Shown here in pieces: positions 7,388 through 15,424 of a stretch of DNA of 54,954 nt. The translations under genes and the position numbers were made by a program. This stretch comes from Pseudomonadota bacterium (lineage in GTDB: Bacteria > Pseudomonadota > Alphaproteobacteria > UBA11222). The DNA lies in the NCBI GenBank assembly GCA_036758605.1, contig DAIOWE010000004.1, forward strand, positions 1-54,954. Direction: 5' to 3'. The stretch's first letter is position 1; every line of letters starts with the position of its first letter. The notes below the pieces were generated by a model. The model was not told the origin of the DNA, did not search any database, and worked only from the letters and a program-made list of their open reading frames with translations.

Positions 7388-9793
7388 TTATAATCCCTGC
7401 GATACAACTTTGAAAAATTCTGATGGTTCCACCCGTAATGCCGCGCCGGTGGGACATGCCCGCACACAGGCCGGTCCGCCCAAAACATCTTTACACATGT
7501 CACATTTTACCGCTTTCTTTGGCCCGCCGCCTTCTTTTTTATTGCTGTCCGGCCCCCACTTGCCAGTGACTGCCTGTCCAGGACCGGGTCCCCGGCCAAA
7601 TAAAAGCCATTGCAGAAGACCCGGCTTCTTTGGCAGCTTCGCTGCCATATGAATAACGCCATATGGGCAATTGCGCTCACAGTTTCCACAGCCGATACAG
7701 CTATCTGTAATATACACCTCGCCATTGGCGTTACGGCGCAATGCGTCGGGCGGACAATCGACCATGCAATGCGGATGCTCGCAATGCCTGCACGATGTCG
7801 GAACGTGAAGCGTCTGATAGGTTGGGCCTGCTTCGCGGTTAAGGCGTGACGTGCCCTGATGGGTTTCGGCGCAGGCCTTTTCACAATTATCACAGCGCAC
7901 GCACAGCGCCTCATCAATCAGCAGCACGTCAGTTGCTTCACCCAGCCCCTGTTCGACCAGAAACTGGATGATACCGCCTGCCTCGGGCTGTTCGGTGGTT
8001 TCGATATTTTCCAGCATGCGGCCACGATAGCGCGCCTCAATAGTTCGCCGGACAGCTTCATTGCGCGACATCAGCGCCTGAAACGGCACACCGTCCAGAC
8101 GCAAGGCCTCAACCGCAACCGCCGCACGGATCGTTGCAGAGCGCGGCGCATTGCTGATCAGCGCCATTTCCCCAACATAATTGCCTGCGGCAACATAGGA
8201 GATGACGGCTTCCTTGCCGCCCACTTCACGCGAAACCGTCACCGAACCGCGCTGGATAAGATACAGGCAATCGCCTACATCCCCTTCGCGGAACAATACG
8301 GCACCCTGCTCAAATTTCTCTACTTTAACCGTGTGAATAAGATCTTCCAGATCGGACAAGGGAATGCCCGGTGCAATATATGTCTGAATTTGACGCCCGA
8401 CCGCGACCTCATCCATGACGCGCTTTACGGATTCAACCGAATTGATCAGCTTGATCATCGACCGGCGCGGAGTCTCGATCAGCAACGAAGGCTTGCTTGC
8501 CATCACCGTTGCGGTGCGCCGGCGGCCCGACAAAAGGCCCATCTCACCGAAAAAGGCGCCTTTTCCCAATGAGACAATCCTGGTTTCGTCATCGGAGTCG
8601 ACCTGAATATTCACTTCACCGTCAACGATGGAATAAAAACTGTTGGTGTAGTCATTACGCTCAAAGATAATGTCCCCGCCGCGCGGCGCATGCACATTAC
8701 TGTCCAGCAGGAATTCACGTAATTGCAGTGTCGTAAGCCCTGACAATAGCGGCACCGATTCCTGAATGAGCGCCAGAACTTCGGACACCGTCCTGTTCCC
8801 CAGAATATTGGCGAATTTCTGTTCCAGCAGCGGTTCATCCGCAGGCTTGAGCTGATTGCCCTGAATATATTCAATAACCTCATATCCCTGGTTCATGGCC
8901 TGTTTGATCAGCGGATATCCAGCCAGCGCCCCGATTACATACAGGCCGGGAACATTCGATTCATACTGACCGGAAAGCTCGGGCAATGAGGAAGGATCGG
9001 AGTTGGGAAACTTGATGCCGCAGGTTTCGACAAATTTACGCGGCGGCGAAGCCCCCAGGCGGGCGATAATCCGGTCGCACCTGACTTTGGTTTCGCCTTG
9101 CGGCGTCTTTACGACAATGCCGTCATCATCCACCCGCACCGTATCGGCGTTGTAGACACATTCAATCTGTTTTTTTTCTATGGCGGTCGTGATCGCCGTC
9201 AGATTACCCTGCTTGACACGGGCAAATTCACTGCCCCGGTTGAGGATAATGACATTGTTCTGCCTGGTTAGCGCCAGTGCATTTTCAATGCCCGCATCGC
9301 CCGCCCCCACCACAACAATGGTTTCATCGGAATATTCATCCGGATCATTGAGCTGATACTGCACCCAGTCGCGGTCCTGCCCCGGGACGCCAAGCAACCG
9401 GATGTTGCCCTGTAAACCAATGGCAAACACAACATATTCAGCGTTGATTCTTGTCCCATCCGAAAGTTTCAGCGTGAAATCGCCTTTGGCGCCGCTGATA
9501 GCGGTGACCTCGGAGTTAAAACGGACATTTACCTTCAGATCGGCGATCTGCTTTTCCCATGTGCCAAGAATATCCTCGCGAATGCCGATCTGGAATGAGA
9601 GTTCGCTGCGCAGCGGCAACACATCCGGCGTCGCCATCACCAGCTTGCCCTTCTGGTATTTGTAGATGGTATCGGAGACATGATCGCGCTGTTCCAGCAG
9701 CACATGCGAGACACCTATGGCGGCCGCCCGCCCTGCGGCGCTGAGACCGGCCGGCCCTGAACCGACAATTGCGACTTTTACCCGTTCCTGCAT
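7388..9793 (-). CDS. FAD/NAD(P)-dependent oxidoreductase (thioredoxin-reductase-like) fused to 2 cyclic-nucleotide-binding domains and a multi-[4Fe-4S] ferredoxin domain
   Basis: The 801-aa product starts with VAIVGSGPAGLSAAG (FAD Rossmann fold) and also has VVVGAGDAGIENA (a second dinucleotide fold). Two cNMP-binding signatures are present (FFGEMGLLSGRRRTATVMA and YVGEMALISNAPRSATIRA). There are four Cys clusters: CVRCDNCEKAC, CRHCEHPHCMVDCP, CIGCGNCERNCP and CDMCKD..GGPACVRACP. No signal peptide is present. Confidence 0.85.
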   Translation of the reverse strand: MQERVKVAIVGSGPAGLSAAGRAAAIGVSHVLLEQRDHVSDTIYKYQKGKLVMATPDVLPLRSELSFQIGIREDILGTWEKQIADLKVNVRFNSEVTAISGAKGDFTLKLSDGTRINAEYVVFAIGLQGNIRLLGVPGQDRDWVQYQLNDPDEYSDETIVVVGAGDAGIENALALTRQNNVIILNRGSEFARVKQGNLTAITTAIEKKQIECVYNADTVRVDDDGIVVKTPQGETKVRCDRIIARLGASPPRKFVETCGIKFPNSDPSSLPELSGQYESNVPGLYVIGALAGYPLIKQAMNQGYEVIEYIQGNQLKPADEPLLEQKFANILGNRTVSEVLALIQESVPLLSGLTTLQLREFLLDSNVHAPRGGDIIFERNDYTNSFYSIVDGEVNIQVDSDDETRIVSLGKGAFFGEMGLLSGRRRTATVMASKPSLLIETPRRSMIKLINSVESVKRVMDEVAVGRQIQTYIAPGIPLSDLEDLIHTVKVEKFEQGAVLFREGDVGDCLYLIQRGSVTVSREVGGKEAVISYVAAGNYVGEMALISNAPRSATIRAAVAVEALRLDGVPFQALMSRNEAVRRTIEARYRGRMLENIETTEQPEAGGIIQFLVEQGLGEATDVLLIDEALCVRCDNCEKACAETHQGTSRLNREAGPTYQTLHVPTSCRHCEHPHCMVDCPPDALRRNANGEVYITDSCIGCGNCERNCPYGVIHMAAKLPKKPGLLQWLLFGRGPGPGQAVTGKWGPDSNKKEGGGPKKAVKCDMCKDVLGGPACVRACPTGAALRVEPSEFFKVVSQGL

Positions 9794-9948
9794 CAGCAGC
9801 CCTTACGGAAATATCCCTGAAAGCATTTCATGATTCGTCCCCAAGCATTCATTTTTCCATGAATATCCATGGGCGTACAGTCTTCTATGGCATAGAAAAA
9901 ATAATCTGCGCGATCTGGTACTTTGTTACAAACTATTATTACGCTTCC

Positions 9949-9962
9949 TTGACATGGATCAA
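9949..9962 (-). promoter_or_regulatory. candidate FNR/FixK/Crp-family box (TTGA-N6-TCAA)
   Basis: The sequence TTGACATGGATCAA is a perfect TTGA-N6-TCAA palindrome (9/10 to TTGAT-N4-ATCAA on the minus strand). It lies about 155-170 nt upstream of the 9793 start codon and overlaps the ccmI stop codon. Confidence 0.3.
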
Positions 9963-11377
9963 GGTTTTCCCAATTCTTGCAGCGCGTCGGACACTGACCG
10001 GTATTCATCGCTGTCCGGCGGTAAATTCCCGCGCAATTTTTCCCAATAGCCGCGCGCTGCGGCCTTTTCTCCATTTTGCGCCGAGAATACCCCCATGAAC
10101 CACAATGCCTGATTATTTTCTGGCTCAACGGTCAGTATTTTCTGCATGGTTTGGGCAAAACGCGCAGTAATGGGGCTGGTCTCGCCCGCTGCCTGCAACG
10201 CCTCGCCATAGGCCGACAGCGCGTCCATGCGCCCGGGTCCGGCCTCTACCGCCCGGCCAAGCGCCGCAAGACTGTCAGCTTTGCGGCCCAGAACCTCATA
10301 AGCCCGCGAAAGTTGCAACCAGCCATCCACATTGTCTTTATCAGTGGACTCCTGCCGCGCGGCAAGGCGCGCCACCATGCCCTCGATCATCTGTTTGCGA
10401 TCACCTTCCGGCATTGCGGCGGCGGCGGCCATATCCCCGGCGTCGGGTCCGGATGGCGCCCTGGACTTTGTCGCCGATGGCGCAGCAGCCTGTTCCGCCA
10501 GCAGACTTTCCAGATCAACTTTCAGCAAATTGGCCACTTCCTGCGCCTGTTCGCGCACTGCGCCCGCCCAGGGCGCGCCGGGTTCCGCCTGTTTTAGCAG
10601 CGCTACCCAGTCTGCAAGCGCCCCCCCGGCGTCTCCCGCCTGCGCCTTTGCCAGCCCCAGATAAAACTGCGAACGCGGCTCTGCCGGGATGATTTTCAGC
10701 ACCCTGCGAAACTGTGCCTGGGCATCGTCCCCCACCAGGCCATTATTGCCCTGCACGAGGGTTTCCGCATATTCCGCCAGCACCATGGGCGCGGGTTTGT
10801 CGCCCGCCAGCGCCACCGCCTTGGCATAGGCCGCAATGGCCCTGGGAAAATCTTCAAGCGTCACATAAGACCGGCCCAGCAGCATCCAGCCCTGGATATC
10901 ATCAGGGCTTGCAGCCAGGCGCGCGGCGAGTTTTTCGGTCAGCGCCACCATATCCATATGTTCGGGATCAGCAGCGGTGACCTGTGTTGAATTCCGGTTC
11001 GGCGTAAGATTTGGGCTGCCTATCGTCAGATAGACGCCAAACGCAATAACAGACAGCAATAGCGCGACAGCCGCCGCGCCCGCCCGGCGGCCATTTTTCG
11101 ACCGGCCCCCCGCACCCGCTATTTCCAGTGCGTTATCCTCGTCATCCGCGCGCAGCATGCGGCGCTCTATTTCCAGGCGCGCCGATTTCGCTTCGATGTC
11201 GGAAATCACATTGCGGGCCAGTTCGCCATCGAGTTCGGCCAGTTGCTGCCGATATACCTCAAGCGCATGCGCGCCACGCGACGCGCCGCCCTCGCGTACG
11301 CGCAATAGTGGTATGGCGATCAGGGCCGTCGCGCCCACCGCCATGGCTGTGATGATGATCCAGAAAATTACCGGCAT
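9959..11377 (-). CDS. ccmI: c-type cytochrome biogenesis protein CcmI (CycH)
   Basis: The N-terminal TM helix is IFWIIITAMAVGATALIAIPLL. A charged coiled segment and a second TM helix (AAAVALLLSVIAFGVYLTIG) follow. The long Ala/Leu-rich TPR-like periplasmic domain is typical of alphaproteobacterial CycH. Confidence 0.8.
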   Translation of the reverse strand: MPVIFWIIITAMAVGATALIAIPLLRVREGGASRGAHALEVYRQQLAELDGELARNVISDIEAKSARLEIERRMLRADDEDNALEIAGAGGRSKNGRRAGAAAVALLLSVIAFGVYLTIGSPNLTPNRNSTQVTAADPEHMDMVALTEKLAARLAASPDDIQGWMLLGRSYVTLEDFPRAIAAYAKAVALAGDKPAPMVLAEYAETLVQGNNGLVGDDAQAQFRRVLKIIPAEPRSQFYLGLAKAQAGDAGGALADWVALLKQAEPGAPWAGAVREQAQEVANLLKVDLESLLAEQAAAPSATKSRAPSGPDAGDMAAAAAMPEGDRKQMIEGMVARLAARQESTDKDNVDGWLQLSRAYEVLGRKADSLAALGRAVEAGPGRMDALSAYGEALQAAGETSPITARFAQTMQKILTVEPENNQALWFMGVFSAQNGEKAAARGYWEKLRGNLPPDSDEYRSVSDALQELGKP

Positions 11378-11422
11378 GGCCGAACCGGTAGCACACTGCG
11401 CCGCGCGAGGTAAGTTGGAATT

Positions 11423-12172
11423 TCAGTTCTTCCTGTCCGGATCATCCAGCTCCGCAAGCCGCAATTTGCTTTTATGCGTTTCTATCTTTTCATCCGTGGT
11501 CAAACGCTGCCCCTGAAAATAATATTTCTGCCAGGCCTGCTTGATTGTCTCGGGGTCATGCTTGCCCAGATTGGCCAGAAAATCGGTACGGCTTTTCATC
11601 CAGGCGTCAAATTCCGCCTTAAGTTCCGGTTCTGCATCCAATACCCGCATTTCCGGCTGATAGGATTCCAGCATATCGTGATGGATCGGGATGATGGTGC
11701 AAAAGGGTTCCCCCTTTTCAAAACGCACTATACCCGGCGCCGTCATTTTCCAGTTCATCGTGAATGGAAATGGCAGCCAGTCCGTTTCAATGATGCCTGA
11801 CAATGCATAGATACCATGTTTGGGCCGGTTCATCGGCGCCGTCGCCAGCAGATCCCAACCCGGCGGGGTGCGAAACATATAGCCCACATGGAATGTGACC
11901 ACCCCCATGGAGAAATGCGATAAAACCAGATGTTCAATATGCGCGAAATTATCCAGCGCGCGAATTTGAATGGCCTCTTTTTCAGGCTGGCCATTCCAGG
12001 CAATCTCGAACGACGCCGGGCTGAGAATTTCCCAGCCATAGCCATTGGCGATATTGAGTGGCAGACAGCGATATGCAAAACGATCCGGCGAAGCGTCCAT
12101 CCAGTCCCGCGTTGGGCTGGCGGGGACCATGGCTGGCGGGTTGGGAACCAGTTTGTAGCAAAGCAGCTTCAT
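11423..12172 (-). CDS. conserved hypothetical protein (DUF6065-like)
   Basis: This 249-aa ORF (MKLLCYKLVPNPP...FAYRCLPLNIANGYGWEIL) matches my recollection of a conserved alphaproteobacterial family of unknown function. There is no signal peptide. Confidence 0.6.
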   Translation of the reverse strand: MKLLCYKLVPNPPAMVPASPTRDWMDASPDRFAYRCLPLNIANGYGWEILSPASFEIAWNGQPEKEAIQIRALDNFAHIEHLVLSHFSMGVVTFHVGYMFRTPPGWDLLATAPMNRPKHGIYALSGIIETDWLPFPFTMNWKMTAPGIVRFEKGEPFCTIIPIHHDMLESYQPEMRVLDAEPELKAEFDAWMKSRTDFLANLGKHDPETIKQAWQKYYFQGQRLTTDEKIETHKSKLRLAELDDPDRKN

Positions 12173-12178
12173 TTACGC

Positions 12179-12781
12179 CTATGCCCGCCCGGATGCGCCG
12201 GACAGATTGCCGGGATTAATACCAAGCTTGGCCAGCGCCGCGTCCCATTTGCCTTCCAGGCCGGCGGAAAAAATCAGATCCATATCGGCGTTGCAATGCA
12301 GCCAGGCGTTGGCCTGAATTTCATATTCCAACTGCCCAGGCCCCCAGCCGGAATAGCCCAGCGCCACCAGAACTTTTCGTGGCCCCCTGCCCTCCGCCAT
12401 GTCGCGCAGAATATCCATACTGGTGGTCAGGCCCACATGCTCCTTAACCGGCATGGTGACGCCTTTCAGAAAATAGTCATCCGTGTGCAGAATAAATCCG
12501 CGCCCGGTTTCAACAGGTCCACCCAGTTGAATACGGATATGTTCCGTACCAGGCGTGCATTTCATGTCCAGTTGCTCCAGCAGATCAGGAAACGAAATCG
12601 CGCCTGCATGTTTATTGATGATCAGCCCCAGCGCGCCGTCAGGCGAATGCGCGCACAGATAAATAACTGTGCGCCTGAAACGCGGATCGCCCATATTTGG
12701 CATGGCGATGAGTAACTTTCCCGCCAATGACTGGCCCCAGCCGCCGCCACCGCCACCGCCTGGTGTTGCATCAAAGGGCAT
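12179..12781 (-). CDS. yqgE: YqgE/AlgH family protein (UPF0301)
   Basis: The motifs LLIAMPNMGDPRFRRTVIYLCAHSPDGALGLIINK and GYSGWGPGQLEYE are characteristic of the family. Confidence 0.8.
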   Translation of the reverse strand: MPFDATPGGGGGGGWGQSLAGKLLIAMPNMGDPRFRRTVIYLCAHSPDGALGLIINKHAGAISFPDLLEQLDMKCTPGTEHIRIQLGGPVETGRGFILHTDDYFLKGVTMPVKEHVGLTTSMDILRDMAEGRGPRKVLVALGYSGWGPGQLEYEIQANAWLHCNADMDLIFSAGLEGKWDAALAKLGINPGNLSGASGRA

Positions 12782-12799
12782 TTCGAACCCTCCCTGAGC

Positions 12800-13531
12800 T
12801 TATGGTTTCAGATTCCTGCCAAACATATCGAACAGCCGTTCCCAGTGACGCTCCGCCGATGGCTTGTCATACATGCCCGTCCGGCTCGGAAAGGCAAAGC
12901 CATGATCCGCCCCGGGATACCATTCGATCCGGTAATTTATATTTAGTCCCGACAGATGCTTTTCAAGCGCGTCAATCTGTTCCTTTGGTGCGTAACCATC
13001 ATGTTCCGCGCAGCCAAAATACATCTCGCCCTTGATGTCCCTGGCGAACAGATGCGGGCTATCCTTCTGGTCCGTGATCAGACTGACGCCATATATGCTT
13101 GCTGAAACCGCCACCCGGTCCGCATGGCGCGACGCCGCCATAAAGGCGAAGGGGCCGCTCATGCAATAGCCAACCACGCCCACCTTGCCTTTGCGCGCTG
13201 CCGGCTGTGTATCGGCATAGGCCAGCATGGCGCCCACATCCTGCATCACCAGATCATTGGTAAGCGAGCGCATCAGTTCAAACATGCGCTTGCCGCCACC
13301 GGGATCCCGGCTCATGTCAAATTCGGGCGTTGTGCGGTAATAGAGATTGGGCAGGACCACATAATATCCGGCCGTGGCGATGCGCCGCGCCATATCATGC
13401 AGTTCTTCGCGCTTGCCCGGCGCATCCATCAGAAACAAGACCACCGGATGCGGCCCGCCTTCTTCCGGATGGGTGACGAAGCTGTTCATCATGCCGTCTT
13501 TGGTTTTAATGTCGATATGATGCTCTATCAT
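12800..13531 (-). CDS. dienelactone hydrolase family protein
   Basis: The 243-aa alpha/beta hydrolase has a G-Y-C-M-S-G nucleophile elbow (Cys-type, as in DLH) and a C-terminal ADHGF motif. Confidence 0.75.
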   Translation of the reverse strand: MIEHHIDIKTKDGMMNSFVTHPEEGGPHPVVLFLMDAPGKREELHDMARRIATAGYYVVLPNLYYRTTPEFDMSRDPGGGKRMFELMRSLTNDLVMQDVGAMLAYADTQPAARKGKVGVVGYCMSGPFAFMAASRHADRVAVSASIYGVSLITDQKDSPHLFARDIKGEMYFGCAEHDGYAPKEQIDALEKHLSGLNINYRIEWYPGADHGFAFPSRTGMYDKPSAERHWERLFDMFGRNLKP

Positions 13532-13752
13532 TGGGCCACCCTCATATTAAATTATATACGCCGGTCAAACGTTACCGTGACCGAATGTATGATCTTGTGG
13601 GGATCGCCGCAATATCCTCTTTCCCGCCCGGCCAGGAACCGCACCCAGCCCATAAAATGCGCCCAGCATCATACCCGTTGAGACATGACAGCTGATAGTC
13701 TTGCTTTCAGTTTATTCCAACACTGTTTTCCCCGGTTGCGCCGGTGACGCTT

Positions 13753-13985
13753 TCAACTGAAGTAGTCTCCCCGCTCGAGAGAGACACGTTTGCGCAAGTG
13801 AAGACCGGCTATGGATTCGTTCCCGCTAAATCCGATTTCGCCGATGGTCGCTTCTGGCCCGGCCAGAACATGATAGGTGATATCCACGCGCTGGTCATTG
13901 TGGTTAACAATAGCCTGATGCGACGTGCGTTGCTCAAAAAGACAGTTATTTTTTCAACTCATGCCGTTATGCTTCGCGGCAATAC
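13753..13985 (-). pseudogene. fragment of a tamA/bamA-like (POTRA region) gene
   Basis: Minus-strand translation between in-frame stops (13756-13953) gives KNNCLFEQRTSHQAIVNHNDQRVDITYHVLAGPEATIGEIGFSGNESIAGLHLRKRVSLERGDYFS. This aligns with the resident TamA (NNCLFEHHTSHQAILNHNEQRLDIEYHILAGPDARIGEIRFSGQETVADLHLRRRVTLKTGDCFT), with 45 of 65 residues identical by hand alignment. DNA similarity to 34690-34880 is visible. The fragment has no start, no signal peptide and no barrel domain. Confidence 0.75.
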
Positions 13986-14015
13986 ACAGGCCCGGCCGGG
14001 AATCACAGGTTTCTG

Positions 14016-15413
14016 ATGGAAAAAGCCTTTAATCTCCAGTTCTACATTGATCAATTCACGCTTGCGCGCAACTGGCTGGTGGAAAACGCGCTGGCGCTCA
14101 GCATTGCCACGTTCGGTCAACTGCTGGTCATTGGACTGTTGTTTATCGCGGTCCAACCTGTGGCAACCTATCTGCGCGGACGGCTTGACCAGGTGCCTGA
14201 ATTACCGCGTTTCGAACCGCCATTGCAGTGGATAGAAACGCCACTGCGCTGGATAGCCGCGACGATTACGCCGCTGGTACGGCCGATTCTATGGCTTTTT
14301 CTGCAATGGCTGACGCTTGGCGTCGTAAATTATTTCGAACTGCCGAACCAACTCATCCTGACCGCCGCGAGCCTGACTACCGCCTGGATCGTTATTCGCT
14401 TCAGCACATCGTTTGTCCGTAACGAGACGGTATCACGGCTTATCTCTGTAATCGCATGGACAATCGCAGCGCTGAACATCGTCGGCCTGTTAACGCCTAC
14501 GCTGGAGCTACTGGACAGCAAGGCGTTCACTGTGGGCGCATTGCGTGTCTCCGGCTTGACCGTCATCAATACATTGCTGTCGCTGACAATAACATTGTGG
14601 CTGGCGGCAATGGCCGGGCGGTTCCTCGAACACCGGGTGATGGCGTCCCTCAGCCTGTCGCCGTCTATGCAGGTGCTGATTGTAAAGCTGTTCAAGATCT
14701 TCGTTGTGGCCATTGCCGTCATGCTGGCGCTGTATGCGGTCGGCATTGATCTGACCATTTTTGCGGTTTTCAGCGGGGCCATTGGCATCGGCATCGGGTT
14801 TGGCCTGCAGAAGGCGGTGGCCAACTTTGTTAGCGGCATCACAATTCTGCTGGAAAACTCCATCAAACTGGGGGACGTGATTACCGTTGGTGATACCTAT
14901 GGCTGGGTCAATAGCCTCGGCGCCCGGTTTGTTTCCGTGCTAACACGCGACGGCGTGGAGTATCTGATCCCTAATGAGGATTTGATTACGCAACAGGTGG
15001 TCAACTGGTCACACAGTGACGACCGCGTACGGCTAAAGGCGCCATTCGGCGTTGCCTATAGCTCCAATCTGCGCCAGGTGATCGCATTATGTCTGGAGGC
15101 CGCGGCCGAATCGCCCCGCGTCATTGATGAGCCAAAACCTGTCTGTTTGCTGATGGGATTCGGGGACAGTTCCGTGGATTTTGAATTACGTTTCTGGATT
15201 CGCGATCCCCGCAATGGCTTCTCCAATGTAAAAAGCGACGTGCTGCTGCGCGTTTGGGACAAATTTCAGGCCAACAATATCTCCATGCCGTTCCCACAGC
15301 GCGACATTCACATCATATCATCGCCGAAAGACGGCGAAACTGGACCACAAAATGATCGCACCGCCATGCAAACCGTTGACGGCGCCGGTGCTGAGAATGT
15401 CGCGGCAAAATAG
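14016..15413 (+). CDS. mechanosensitive ion channel family protein (MscS-like), copy A
   Basis: The 465-aa product has several N-terminal TM helices. It carries the MscS core GIGIGFGLQKAVANFVSGITILLENSIKLGDVITVGDTYGWVNSLGARFVSVLTRDGVEYLIPNEDL. Confidence 0.85.
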   Translation: MEKAFNLQFYIDQFTLARNWLVENALALSIATFGQLLVIGLLFIAVQPVATYLRGRLDQVPELPRFEPPLQWIETPLRWIAATITPLVRPILWLFLQWLTLGVVNYFELPNQLILTAASLTTAWIVIRFSTSFVRNETVSRLISVIAWTIAALNIVGLLTPTLELLDSKAFTVGALRVSGLTVINTLLSLTITLWLAAMAGRFLEHRVMASLSLSPSMQVLIVKLFKIFVVAIAVMLALYAVGIDLTIFAVFSGAIGIGIGFGLQKAVANFVSGITILLENSIKLGDVITVGDTYGWVNSLGARFVSVLTRDGVEYLIPNEDLITQQVVNWSHSDDRVRLKAPFGVAYSSNLRQVIALCLEAAAESPRVIDEPKPVCLLMGFGDSSVDFELRFWIRDPRNGFSNVKSDVLLRVWDKFQANNISMPFPQRDIHIISSPKDGETGPQNDRTAMQTVDGAGAENVAAK

Positions 15414-15424
15414 AATTTACCCCC

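Noticed and set aside
13744-14016. 90-aa plus-strand ORF upstream of the first MscS gene, resembling the 34692-35210 plus-strand ORF
   Set aside because: Both are antisense translations of tamA-type DNA. The similarity reflects the tamA relic on the minus strand, not a real plus-strand gene.
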